From: Candidatus Adlerbacteria bacterium
GTDB lineage: Bacteria > Patescibacteriota > Minisyncoccia > Phycocordibacterales > SBAW01
DNA length: 63,393 nucleotides
Direction of reading: 5' to 3'
Assembly (NCBI GenBank): GCA_903878285.1
Contig: CAIRHB010000013.1
Location: 1 to 63,393, forward strand
Of the stretch, positions 1 through 9,305 are shown in pieces (the first letter of the stretch is position 1; every line of letters starts with the position of its first letter). The notes beneath the pieces are model-generated. The model had not been told where the DNA came from and made no database searches. It saw nothing but the letters and a program-made list of their open reading frames with translations. A program made the position numbers and the translations under genes.

Positions 1-145
1 CTGCGATGTCTTGTAGTGAGTATCCACGCTCACGCAGTATTTGTATTTCGCTGCGTTCTGCGTTACGCAGCCCGCGCCATTTCTTTTTTTCATAGCACAA
101 ATCTACACAAAATCGTCCAAAGCTCAAAGACTAGTTACCAGCGTG

Positions 146-193
146 AGCAGATGCCCGCCCCGACGTTTGCGCGTCGTGGGCGGGTTTGCTTTT
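146..193 (+). terminator. Intrinsic terminator-like hairpin
   Basis: AGCAGA..CCCGCCC-CGACG / CGTCG-T-GGGCGGG-TTTGCT stem followed by a T-run. Confidence 0.6.
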
Positions 194-299
194 GTATAAG
201 TTTGACCAAGGGAAACACGCTGATGAACAAACAAGGTTGTAGCCCGCCTGCGGCACATCTGTACATGCAGAAAGGCACAAAACGTACTACTATATACGC

Positions 300-1028
300 A
301 TGCAGACCGTACTGATCACCGGGGCGAGGAGCGGGCTCGGGCTGTCACTGTCGCGCGCGTTCCTCGCGCACGGCTGGTACATTGTCGCCGTCGGCCGAAA
401 CATATCTGAAACGCCAGATGATGTGCGCACCAACCCGAACACACTGCTTAAAGAAGTCGAGCTTACCGATGACGCATCGCTGCGCGCGCTTGCTGCCGAC
501 CTGCGCGACACCCCAGTCGACATACTGATCAATAACGCTGGCATATACGACACTTCGTCGGTCGACGATGACGGGGTTGTCTCAACACTCAACAACATCA
601 CGCGTGTGTTCGCGGTCAACGCTGCTGCACCGCGTCTGCTTGCCGACCTACTGCTCCCCAACCTCGAGCTCGGGAGCGAGCGACTACTCGTTGGCATATC
701 ATCCGGCATGGGCACCTTCGCGCAGCTGTTTGGCCATGACTTCGAAACGACCAGTCGCGGCACCAGCGGTTACGAGGCGACACACTGGGTCTACAGCGCG
801 AGCAAGACCGCGCTCAACTATGGGTTACTGTCCTTTGGTGTGCTGCACCCCACGGTCAAAGTGTCGCTTATCAACCCCGGCTGGATGCAGACCGCTATCG
901 GCGGATTAGGCGCACCACTCTCGCCCGACGACTGCGCTGCCGCGATTGTCGAGCTACTACTCAACCATCGAGCGCGACTGCCCGCGAGCAGACTCGTTAA
1001 CCATCTCGGACACGTGATGGAGCTCTGA
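300..1028 (+). CDS. Short-chain dehydrogenase/reductase (SDR)
   Basis: TGARSGLG Rossmann motif, INNAG, catalytic YSASK, NPGWMQT. Confidence 0.92.
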   Translation: MQTVLITGARSGLGLSLSRAFLAHGWYIVAVGRNISETPDDVRTNPNTLLKEVELTDDASLRALAADLRDTPVDILINNAGIYDTSSVDDDGVVSTLNNITRVFAVNAAAPRLLADLLLPNLELGSERLLVGISSGMGTFAQLFGHDFETTSRGTSGYEATHWVYSASKTALNYGLLSFGVLHPTVKVSLINPGWMQTAIGGLGAPLSPDDCAAAIVELLLNHRARLPASRLVNHLGHVMEL

Positions 1029-1182
1029 CGCATCGTGCGCCGCATCACTTCTGCGGCAACCTCACTCATCCTCTTCACGAAAAAAACAGACACCTTCGAT
1101 TATGCTAAGCTAGATCGAGGGATTTTATTAGTTGCTAATTAGTGTTGAGCGTTTAGCTTATCAGTACATAACCGTAGTATAT

Positions 1183-1803
1183 ATGAATACCAAAAAAATA
1201 GGTCTTATGCTTGGCGCCGTGTTGTTTCTTGCCGCGCCGTTCTTGGCCCAGGCAGATACACTCACCCGCCAGCTGGAGCTTGGCATGTCGGGCACAGACG
1301 TAACCGCACTGCAGACGTTCCTCGCAGCGAACCCGAATGTGTATCCGTCAGGATTGATTACCGGCTACTTTGGTACACTCACCCAGGCAGCGGTGTCAAA
1401 CTTCCAGACACTCAACGGGATCGCCTCGGTCGGTCGTGTTGGGCCAGCCACACTGCCAGTGATCAACTTGCAGATGGGAAATAGCACCAGCGGCGTCGCA
1501 CCAACGATCACCAGCGTGAGCACCAATGCGAGCAACAACACCGCAACGGTAAGCTGGAACACTAACCAGGCAGCCAAGGGTGTTGTCTACTACAGCACCA
1601 GCCCACTGTCGACGTATGAGAATGGTCATACCGTTACCATTGGCGGAAGTACGGCGTTTACCAACACCAACTACAACACCGCGCAGAGCGTCGTCCTGCA
1701 AAACTTGCAGGCAAACACGACCTACTACTACCTCGTGTACACAACCAACCAAGCAGGCAACATCAGTGTCACCTGGCCAACTACCTTCCAGACTGCGAAC
1801 TAG
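1183..1803 (+). CDS. Secreted peptidoglycan-binding domain + FN3-like protein
   Basis: Signal peptide (MNTKKIGLMLGAVLFLAAPFLAQA), PG_binding_1 motif LELGMSGTDVTALQTFL...TGYFGTLTQAAV...FQ...GRVGPAT, C-terminal FN3-like region (VSWNT...LQANTTYYY). Confidence 0.85.
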   Translation: MNTKKIGLMLGAVLFLAAPFLAQADTLTRQLELGMSGTDVTALQTFLAANPNVYPSGLITGYFGTLTQAAVSNFQTLNGIASVGRVGPATLPVINLQMGNSTSGVAPTITSVSTNASNNTATVSWNTNQAAKGVVYYSTSPLSTYENGHTVTIGGSTAFTNTNYNTAQSVVLQNLQANTTYYYLVYTTNQAGNISVTWPTTFQTAN

Positions 1804-1832
1804 GTAGCGTCTGCAACAGCGTCAGTACTAAC

Positions 1833-1862
1833 AAAAAAAACGCTCCAACAGGGAGCGTTTTT
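1833..1862. terminator. Bidirectional intrinsic terminator
   Basis: A8-CGCTCC-AACAG-GGAGCG-T5. Confidence 0.8.
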
Positions 1863-1914
1863 GTTGTGTCACCATATGCAAGCTACATTGCGCTAAGCCG
1901 TGTATGATGTGCAG

Positions 1915-2439
1915 ATGAAAACATGCTTATGTTGGCACTACACCCTATTTGTCTTCGCGCTTGTGCTCGTTAGCACGTTTCTGCCGACAGATGCACATGC
2001 CGCTGTGAGTAATAGCAGCAGTGACACGGTGTCCGCAGCAACAATCATCATGCTGACAAATACTGATCGCACACTGCACGCAGCAGCGCCGCTATCGGAC
2101 AACGCGCTGCTTGACACTGCTGCACAAGCGAAAGCGGATGATATGGTCGCTGGCTCCTACTTCGCACACTACTCGCCAAGTGGCGTCTCACCGTGGCACT
2201 GGTTTACTGCGGCTGGCTACGCCTACACGCACGCAGGCGAGGACCTGGCGCTCAACTTTACCAACTCGGAGACACTCGAGGCGGCATGGATGGCATCACC
2301 CACGCATCGCGCGAATATTCTGAAAAGTGTATACACTGAGACCGGCGTCGGCGTCGCGCATGGTACATACCTCGGCTCGCCTGCTGTGTTTATTGTCGAG
2401 TTGTTTGCCACACCCACACACACAAACCCCGCACTCTAA
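1915..2439 (+). CDS. CAP/SCP domain secreted protein
   Basis: N-terminal hydrophobic segment; AAQAKADDM..YFAH, AGEDLA, WMASPTHRANIL, TGVGVA motifs. Confidence 0.9.
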   Translation: MKTCLCWHYTLFVFALVLVSTFLPTDAHAAVSNSSSDTVSAATIIMLTNTDRTLHAAAPLSDNALLDTAAQAKADDMVAGSYFAHYSPSGVSPWHWFTAAGYAYTHAGEDLALNFTNSETLEAAWMASPTHRANILKSVYTETGVGVAHGTYLGSPAVFIVELFATPTHTNPAL

Positions 2440-2473
2440 GAGTACGGGGTCGTGCGCCACGCGCGAGGAGCTG

Positions 2474-3076
2474 CTAGATGCGCTGACGATCTCGGTCAGT
2501 GTATCGCCAGTACGAGTACGCGGCGACCACGACGACTAGTAGGAGTAGCAACCACAGCCACCACTCGCTAAACACCGTGCCGTCGCTCGTAGCAACCGCA
2601 GCAACCTGTGTCGAACCGGGCACGCTGACATCCGCTGCGGTAGCACCGCTCACTGTATCTGTAGTAGCGAGTGCTACATATCCCGGCGAGGTAGTCTCAG
2701 TGCCAGACACCGTTGTCGTGTTGGGCACATCCGTTGATGCACCGAGCACCGCTGACGTACCGAGCGTACTGGTGTCGCCACTTAGCGCGGGCGCGCCGCT
2801 ACCGCTCGTGTTGCTATATCCAACCGAGAGCGGTCCCGATATAACGCCGCCACCGCCGCCACCGCCACTACTACTTCCCCCTCCGCTACCGCCACCGAGG
2901 CCGCCAACCACGGTCCCCGAGACACTACTACTTAGTGTGCCGACCGCGTATGAGCCGATTGTGGCACTACCCGCCGAGAGTGTGCCAGTCACCTCCGAAG
3001 CAACGGCTGGCAAGGCGCCGAAGAGAAGCCCAAGCGCGAGCGCTGTTATCCCCATTATGTGTGTGCATGTTTTCAT
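2474..3076 (-). CDS. Surface protein with signal peptide, Gly/Ser/Thr-rich linker and C-terminal membrane anchor
   Basis: Signal peptide; poly-Gly tract; C-terminal WWLWLLLLLVVVVAAY followed by a basic tail. Confidence 0.75.
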   Translation of the reverse strand: MKTCTHIMGITALALGLLFGALPAVASEVTGTLSAGSATIGSYAVGTLSSSVSGTVVGGLGGGSGGGSSSGGGGGGGVISGPLSVGYSNTSGSGAPALSGDTSTLGTSAVLGASTDVPNTTTVSGTETTSPGYVALATTDTVSGATAADVSVPGSTQVAAVATSDGTVFSEWWLWLLLLLVVVVAAYSYWRYTDRDRQRI

Positions 3077-3099
3077 AGGATGTGTGCGCAGAGCGTGAG

Positions 3100-4278
3100 T
3101 TATGGGAGCGTCTGTACGCCGTAGGCGGTCGAGTACGCACCGTTGACAGAACCGACAGGGACCTTGACCTCGACCACCACATCAACCTGTCGTCCCACAG
3201 CGGTCGGATCAAGATCCGACACCAAGAGCAGCGATGGGTTCGCGTACAGATTCGCTGCAGTGATCACCACTGGGCTCGTACTGCTCGCTTGTAGGGAGGA
3301 TATCTGGATATTCCCGCCAGCACGTATCGTGCTCGATGCTGCCGCGTCAAACCAATCACCAAACTTGAGTGTGAGGTTTGGCTCGTTGGTTGGATCAGTA
3401 ATATGGAAGATGTACTTCCACCCGTTCGCAAACGTACCATCAGCAGTTGCTGTCGTTTGTGTCGCGGTAATTGAGTTAACGGTCAGCACACCCTGCCCAC
3501 TGGTGCCACCAGTCACTGTGCCACCAATTGTCCCTGTCGGGCCAGGTGCGCAGTAGTGGATCACCGCGGTATAGAGTAGGCCAGTTGGGTTCACGGTGCT
3601 ACTGGCAATACCCCAGTTGCGCACCACAAAACTCAACGTGTTGACGCCTCCGACAGGACTAAACGCCGTCGTGAACGCGCTGCTAAAGTTCTGTGCGTTT
3701 ATATCAGGTGTCAGACCGTAGACATCTTCAGAGGTGGATGCATTTGTAGTTGCAACCGGCGTTACTGAGCCATTGAGATACACCGCCGCCGCATTGTCCG
3801 TAGCGTACCAGAGTGTTGCATCTGTCACGGTCGACCCTACCGGCAGCGTAAAGCTGTCTTGGAAGAGACGCCACTGATTATTCTGTGCCGACCCTTCGGT
3901 ATTGTCGGTACCGCCTGGCCAACTTGGATTAGTCGATACCCACACTGCACTTGAGCTCGCAAAGGAGCTGTCGGTAGCTGGAACAACCCATAGCGCATTT
4001 GTCTCAGTACTAGACGCGGCGATAAACTGTCCGAGACTGTACCCCGCAGGGATTAGTGCGTTTGCGTCACTGGTCGGTTGTGTCTCGGTGTATCCTGCGG
4101 TTTGTGTCGAGGGACCGCTAACAAGTGTTACTGTGCTACAAGATGTAGCCGCAGCCTGCGCGACCGGAATCGGCGCACCGAACGAGAAACTAAACGAGCC
4201 GAACACGAGTGCAAACACCGTGAGCATCACGGTCGTCACGCGCACTGTTTTTGCTAGACCATTACTACAATGTTTCAT
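3100..4278 (-). CDS. Secreted Thr/Ser-rich beta-sandwich (carbohydrate-binding-like) protein
   Basis: 392-aa ORF with N-terminal TM/signal; ATDNAAAVYLNG...NTLSFVVRN...NPTGLLY pattern resembles a galactose-binding-like jelly roll. Confidence 0.7.
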   Translation of the reverse strand: MKHCSNGLAKTVRVTTVMLTVFALVFGSFSFSFGAPIPVAQAAATSCSTVTLVSGPSTQTAGYTETQPTSDANALIPAGYSLGQFIAASSTETNALWVVPATDSSFASSSAVWVSTNPSWPGGTDNTEGSAQNNQWRLFQDSFTLPVGSTVTDATLWYATDNAAAVYLNGSVTPVATTNASTSEDVYGLTPDINAQNFSSAFTTAFSPVGGVNTLSFVVRNWGIASSTVNPTGLLYTAVIHYCAPGPTGTIGGTVTGGTSGQGVLTVNSITATQTTATADGTFANGWKYIFHITDPTNEPNLTLKFGDWFDAAASSTIRAGGNIQISSLQASSTSPVVITAANLYANPSLLLVSDLDPTAVGRQVDVVVEVKVPVGSVNGAYSTAYGVQTLP

Positions 4279-4691
4279 ATTTTTTGTGCATAGTGTTTCG
4301 AATAATACCCCCTGCGAACACGTTAGCTACTAATGCTCTATCATTGCTCGCCAGCACTGAAGAAGCAGTGAGCCTCTATTTTCATCCCGGCATCAGACAC
4401 CATGCTGCACACTGCATGCATGTACACAACAACACACCGCTGCCATGAGTGTGTATTTGAAGAGCCCGAGGATGTCTCGATCGCACATACAGACAGTGGT
4501 CTCGCACAACAGACACACTTGTGGGAACATACCAAAAGAGCGCACCCGCAGACCGCTGCGCGGATTATGCGCAACTATCACACTCTGCCCAAGGAACTGT
4601 ATCTTCATTAAGTATTCATGGAGTGCCGCGTACAGTATGCTAGTGCTAGAGGCCGCAAAGCCGCCACTATATCGTTATCTACCACAGTTAT

Positions 4692-5372
4692 ATGAGACTA
4701 CTCATTGTCGAAGACGAGGCGCTTATCGCCCAGAACCTAAAGAAGGTGTTGGAGATCAAAGGATTTGCAACCGACTGGCTCTCCGACGGCGAAAAAGCAA
4801 AGAACCGCATCTTGATGTACCACAAAGAGTACGACGCAATCATCCTGGACCTCACGCTCCCAAAGGTGGACGGCATCACGCTTATCAAACTCGTGCGAGC
4901 CGAGAATATCACCACACCTATTATCATCCTCACGGGGCGTACTGAGACAAAAGACAAGATCGAGCTGCTCAATGCAGGTGCGGATGACTACGTGGTCAAA
5001 CCGTTTTCATCTGCGGAGATGATCGCGCGCATCGCATCGGTCCTGCGACGCCCCGCCGTCGTAACCAAGGTGGTTCACGAGGTTGGCAATATCACGATCG
5101 ACACTGCCACGCATCGCGTGTCGGTCGACGGTGCAGAGATCGCGCTTACGCTCAAAGAGTACTCGCTGCTTGAGTGTTTTGTGCGACGGCCAGGCGAGGT
5201 GTTTACCCGCGAGGAGCTGAGCAATCAGGTGTGGGATTTCGATGCACTCACGCTCAGCAACGTACTCGATGTGCACATGAAAAATCTGCGGAAGAAGGTG
5301 TGCGCAACGAGCAACTCGGTGCGGTTTGAGACGGTGCGAGGCATTGGTTATCGGTTTATTGCTGAGCTATGA
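4692..5372 (+). CDS. OmpR/PhoB-family response regulator
   Basis: LIVEDE, IILDLTLPKVDG, GADDYVVKPF, winged-helix ETVRGIGYRF. Confidence 0.95.
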   Translation: MRLLIVEDEALIAQNLKKVLEIKGFATDWLSDGEKAKNRILMYHKEYDAIILDLTLPKVDGITLIKLVRAENITTPIIILTGRTETKDKIELLNAGADDYVVKPFSSAEMIARIASVLRRPAVVTKVVHEVGNITIDTATHRVSVDGAEIALTLKEYSLLECFVRRPGEVFTREELSNQVWDFDALTLSNVLDVHMKNLRKKVCATSNSVRFETVRGIGYRFIAEL

Positions 5373-6025
5373 GCGAGGAACAACGATCGTTTCTCGCGCA
5401 GATGTCGCATGACCTGCGCAACCCACTATCGGTGATACGCAGCTCGACCGAACTGCTTGAGCTCCAAGAGCCCCACACCCCTGAAGCGCTCGACCTACTG
5501 CGCATGATAAACGACCATGTATGCACGATCACTGACATGCTGGACGCTCGGCTTGACGCGTACGCTGTATACCCAAACACCCTACCAGTACTGCAGCCGA
5601 CAGAAACTACGCCACCAAGCGACAGTAGCATGCACGCCACCCCAAACATCCTGCTGGTGGTTGACGACAACGCTGTCGCTGCCTGTACGCTCAGCCGCCT
5701 GCTCGAGCTGCGCGGGTACACGGTCTATGTCGCGTTTACTGGCAGAGATGCGCTCCAGCAAGCAGCACTGTACCACCCAGACATCATCATTCTAGACATC
5801 GGGCTGCCTGACATAGACGGATACGAGGTTGCACGCGCAATGCGCGAAAGCTTGTTGGAGAACAACAGCGACCGATCGCCGCGGTTTATCGCGCTCACCG
5901 GCTACGGCAGCCTCCATGAAAAAGAGCACTCGCATCGCGAGCACTTTGACGCACATCTTACCAAGCCGGTCGGCATTACTGAGATTGAAGCGGCGTTGCA
6001 ACAGGTTTCGACTGCTGTTGTATAG
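5369..6025 (+). CDS. HisKA + receiver protein lacking an HATPase domain
   Basis: H-box MSHDLRNPL, short linker, then REC (LVVDDN, ILDIGLPDIDG, LTKP); no N/G1/G2 boxes; ATGA overlap with upstream gene. Confidence 0.8.
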   Translation: MSEEQRSFLAQMSHDLRNPLSVIRSSTELLELQEPHTPEALDLLRMINDHVCTITDMLDARLDAYAVYPNTLPVLQPTETTPPSDSSMHATPNILLVVDDNAVAACTLSRLLELRGYTVYVAFTGRDALQQAALYHPDIIILDIGLPDIDGYEVARAMRESLLENNSDRSPRFIALTGYGSLHEKEHSHREHFDAHLTKPVGITEIEAALQQVSTAVV

Positions 6026-7049
6026 ACACCGAGGTGCCACGCGAACCGGTCTCAACAGCGACGCTCGCGCCAAGCTGCCGCGCGAGCGATTGCACGATTG
6101 TGGTGCCGAGACCCTCTTTGTGATTTGGATGCGGAGCGATACCAACGCCGTCGTCGATGACCGACAGCCGCCAACCCTGTTCCTGTTGCGGCAACACCTC
6201 GTAGCGGACAATAATCGTACCGCGCTTGCCAGAGGGGAACGCGTGTTTGAGCGCGTTGATCACCAGCTCAGCAGTAATGAGCCCGAGACTGATCCCCTCT
6301 GCGGAGGCAATCATCCCGCCATCTGCCTCGACCGCAAGAGTGATCAGCGCAGTTGTGCCAATCATACTCTTTGCCAAACTCTCGCACAGCCCGGTGAGGT
6401 ACGGACAAACTTCGACCTCTTCGTGCAAACTGGTGGTGTCTAAAAACTGCTCGACCGTGGCGATTGAGATAATGCGCTGATGTGCATCCTGTAGGTGTGT
6501 GCGGACTTCTGGCGACTCGACCACTTCAGACTTGAGTATAAGAATACTCGCAATCAACTGTAGGCTGTTTGCCATGCGATGCTTCATCTCCTGAATCATC
6601 AAGTCCTTCTGTTCTGAGATTTTTTCTTTTTCTCGATCAAGCAACTCACGCTCGGTAATATCACCAATAGTCAGCAGCAAGTGCCGTCGCGTGCTATTTT
6701 CATACACCACCTCGCGCGCACTGAGGAGCAACGTGCGCTGCCCCACTGTGACAGAATCGTGAATGATTTTGTATTCTTTAAGTACCTCGCGCCCTGGTAT
6801 GATGTTGGAGAGAAACGAGCGCAACGCTGGCACGTTATACTGCCCGTTGTCAATCTCGTAAAAGAGCGCCCCCTGTGTGCTGTCTTTGTCTGTCTGAAAC
6901 TTGTCATAAAAAGAACGGCTTGCCACAATAACGCGCAAGTCGGAGTCGAGCACTAAAAATGGTTCGTGGATAGTATCTACAATAGCCCGCGTAAGGGCGT
7001 TACCCAGCCTTGTATCGGCGAGAGGATCGTCGCCAGGAAAGTGAGTCAT
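5976..7049 (-). CDS. PAS + HisKA_2-type sensor histidine kinase
   Basis: PAS (IVDTIHEPFLVLD), H-box EMKHRMANSLQ, N-box ELVINALKHA, DDGVG, GLG. Confidence 0.9.
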   Translation of the reverse strand: MTHFPGDDPLADTRLGNALTRAIVDTIHEPFLVLDSDLRVIVASRSFYDKFQTDKDSTQGALFYEIDNGQYNVPALRSFLSNIIPGREVLKEYKIIHDSVTVGQRTLLLSAREVVYENSTRRHLLLTIGDITERELLDREKEKISEQKDLMIQEMKHRMANSLQLIASILILKSEVVESPEVRTHLQDAHQRIISIATVEQFLDTTSLHEEVEVCPYLTGLCESLAKSMIGTTALITLAVEADGGMIASAEGISLGLITAELVINALKHAFPSGKRGTIIVRYEVLPQQEQGWRLSVIDDGVGIAPHPNHKEGLGTTIVQSLARQLGASVAVETGSRGTSVSIQQQSKPVATPLQSQ

Positions 7050-7114
7050 ACTGTGAGAGGGGCTGCAGTACGCAGTATAGCATATATCCACTAAAATAGT
7101 GTATGCTGTGTTCT

Positions 7115-7339
7115 ATGGAGACACTATTTCTCGTTGGTGTAGCATTTGTCGTCTTGGTAATTGTGCTCGCCACTTGGTCACGAATGGACACGAGCGGCGA
7201 GGCTGCCTCGATGTCTATCGACGAGCAAGAGGCGCAAGAGGCCGAAGAGGATGTTGCAGAGGGCAAACCACCCGAGCCGATACATGTCCAAACCCCCAAA
7301 GAGAAGGCGGACGAGGAAGAATATTTCGAAGAGACGTAA
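7115..7339 (+). CDS. Small membrane protein with acidic tail
   Basis: Single N-terminal TM helix, Glu/Asp-rich C-terminus; TATGCT 7 nt upstream of ATG. Confidence 0.6.
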   Translation: METLFLVGVAFVVLVIVLATWSRMDTSGEAASMSIDEQEAQEAEEDVAEGKPPEPIHVQTPKEKADEEEYFEET

Positions 7340-7358
7340 GTGGTGCTATGCTGCAGCT

Positions 7359-8225
7359 ATGCAGCGAAGTGAGTATATCGTGCTCGGCGTATCGGTAACA
7401 CTCTTGATGGGCGTCATTGGCTTTTCGCACGTTCACCGTGCAGCAGCAACGGCAAGCGCTGTTGCACAGGGCGCGAGCGCCGCAGAGGCGCTGCACACAG
7501 CAACAACCACTCCTGCCTCTGTGGCAACCTCGACCAACGCGGCGCCGGTACGCGTTCCGATTCTTATCTATCATGACATCCGCCCCGACTACCCAGGTGA
7601 GACCGCTGCGGTAAAAGCATTTACACTCACGCCCGACGAGCTTGATGCACAACTCTCCTACCTGAGCGACCACGGGTACACCGCGATCTCACTCGACGAC
7701 CTCGCGCACGATATCCAAACTGGCACCACCTCGCCAATCGCGAAGCCAGTGGTGCTCACCTTCGACGACGGGTGGCAAAATGAATATGTCTATGCCTTCC
7801 CGCTACTACAAAAATATCACTTTACAGCGACATTTTTTATCTTTACAAACCCTGTCAGCAAAAAAGATACGTTTATGACCTGGGATGAAATCATTCACCT
7901 GAGTGTGGCGGGTATGACGATTGGCGATCACACACTGTCGCATCCGCTGCTGTCAAAACTTACGCCTGAGCAGCTGCGCAAAGAGGTTGTCGACAGTAAA
8001 TCCGTTCTCGAACAAAAAATCGGCAAGCCGGTCACTGACTTTGCCTCACCGTTTGGCTACACCAGCGAGGCATTGGTCACGCTGCTCAAGCAAGTGGGCT
8101 ACATCACTGGACGCACCACTACCAAAGGCATCATGCACTCCGCGGCCGACCAGTACGCGCTGACGGGCTATCTCGTCCACCGCGACCTCAAAGATTTTAT
8201 CTACATTCTCACGCTGGCGCACTAG
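7359..8225 (+). CDS. Polysaccharide deacetylase (CE4/NodB)
   Basis: VPILIYH, LTFDDG, GDHTLSHP, FASPFG; N-terminal TM. Confidence 0.92.
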   Translation: MQRSEYIVLGVSVTLLMGVIGFSHVHRAAATASAVAQGASAAEALHTATTTPASVATSTNAAPVRVPILIYHDIRPDYPGETAAVKAFTLTPDELDAQLSYLSDHGYTAISLDDLAHDIQTGTTSPIAKPVVLTFDDGWQNEYVYAFPLLQKYHFTATFFIFTNPVSKKDTFMTWDEIIHLSVAGMTIGDHTLSHPLLSKLTPEQLRKEVVDSKSVLEQKIGKPVTDFASPFGYTSEALVTLLKQVGYITGRTTTKGIMHSAADQYALTGYLVHRDLKDFIYILTLAH

Positions 8226-8234
8226 CTTGTGCTG

Positions 8235-8672
8235 CTATGCCGCTTTTTGCATTTTCTTTGCTTTGCATGACGCGCAGCGGCAACCTTTGGGCTTGATATA
8301 TTCATCGAAGTAGGAGGTGTCGTAGTCGTAGTTAAGCTCCTCGCCCGCTTTGATATTCTTCTTTGCCATCACGAACACCTGCCCCTTTCGGATCTCGATC
8401 TCGCAGTTGGGCTTGCAGGCGTGGTTGATGTAGCGCGCGGTGTTGCTGCGCGCTGCGCCGTCGATGGTCTTTGTCTTGGTCACCTCGAAGAGGTATTTAC
8501 TGCGGCTCTTGTACTCCTCCTCTTTTGTCAGCGTCGGTCCCACATACTCGATGATGCACGCACCTTTTTTAATCGGCTCCTCGGCAAACAATCCCAGCCC
8601 ATCCACACCACGTCTTACTTTGAGTTTAAAATCGCCTGGCACAAACTTTCCTTGTTTCTTTTTTGATGTCAT
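8235..8672 (-). CDS. SET-domain protein (lysine methyltransferase-like) with post-SET Cys motif
   Basis: GLGLFA, IIEYVG, ARYINHACKPN, GEELNYDY, CRCASC. Confidence 0.92.
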   Translation of the reverse strand: MTSKKKQGKFVPGDFKLKVRRGVDGLGLFAEEPIKKGACIIEYVGPTLTKEEEYKSRSKYLFEVTKTKTIDGAARSNTARYINHACKPNCEIEIRKGQVFVMAKKNIKAGEELNYDYDTSYFDEYIKPKGCRCASCKAKKMQKAA

Positions 8673-8705
8673 GTTGTATAGTGATAACCGCAAAAGTATA
8701 CCATC

Positions 8706-9266
8706 ATGAGTATGGCTCATACAACATGGGACGAAGCTGCCGTGCTCTTGCGTGCAGGCAAGGTTGGTATTATCCCAACCGACACCGTCTATGGGCTCGT
8801 TGGCTCTGCCTTGTTGCCGGAGGTGGTAGAGCGAATGTACACAATCAAACAACACCGAGACAAAAAGCCGTATATTGTACTTATCTCATCATTTGATGCG
8901 TTGCGCGAATTTAATATCCAACTCTCACCGCGAATACTCGCGCCGTTCTCCGAAAACACGGAGACGCCGACAAGTATCATTCTTCCCTGCCAAAATCCAG
9001 CATATGCATACCTACATCGGGGGACGGAATCGATTGCATTTCGTATTCCCAACCATGTAACCCTCAAAACACTCCTCGAACAAACAGGGCCATTGGTAGC
9101 CCCAAGCGCGAACCCAAGCGGACTTCCAACGGCAAAGACAGTAACAGAAGCGCGAGAGTATTTCGGCGACACAGTAGATTTTTATGTCGACGGGGGCACG
9201 CTTGATAACCCACCATCGCGACTGTTGCGACTCCGCGAAGACGGCTCGACAGAAGTGTTGCGCTAG
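8706..9266 (+). CDS. tsaC: L-threonylcarbamoyladenylate synthase (Sua5/YrdC)
   Basis: PTDTVYGL, KxR motif, APSANPSG, VDGG; start may be 8712. Confidence 0.92.
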   Translation: MSMAHTTWDEAAVLLRAGKVGIIPTDTVYGLVGSALLPEVVERMYTIKQHRDKKPYIVLISSFDALREFNIQLSPRILAPFSENTETPTSIILPCQNPAYAYLHRGTESIAFRIPNHVTLKTLLEQTGPLVAPSANPSGLPTAKTVTEAREYFGDTVDFYVDGGTLDNPPSRLLRLREDGSTEVLR

Positions 9267-9305
9267 CAGGATGCGCAGAAAAATCGGGCGTGGTAGAGTA
9301 GCGCA

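Noticed and set aside
16..315. 99-aa ORF, or a riboswitch/omega-RNA-like element upstream of the SDR
   Set aside because: The ORF runs through a terminator hairpin and has no motifs; no convincing match to a known RNA consensus
2840..2905. CCG/CCA triplet repeats and the Pro-rich + strand ORF 2499-3098
   Set aside because: Explained by the poly-Gly linker encoded on the minus strand
4279..4691. CA/TG-rich intergenic region with several short ORFs
   Set aside because: No regular repeat unit or spacer pattern; likely divergent promoter DNA
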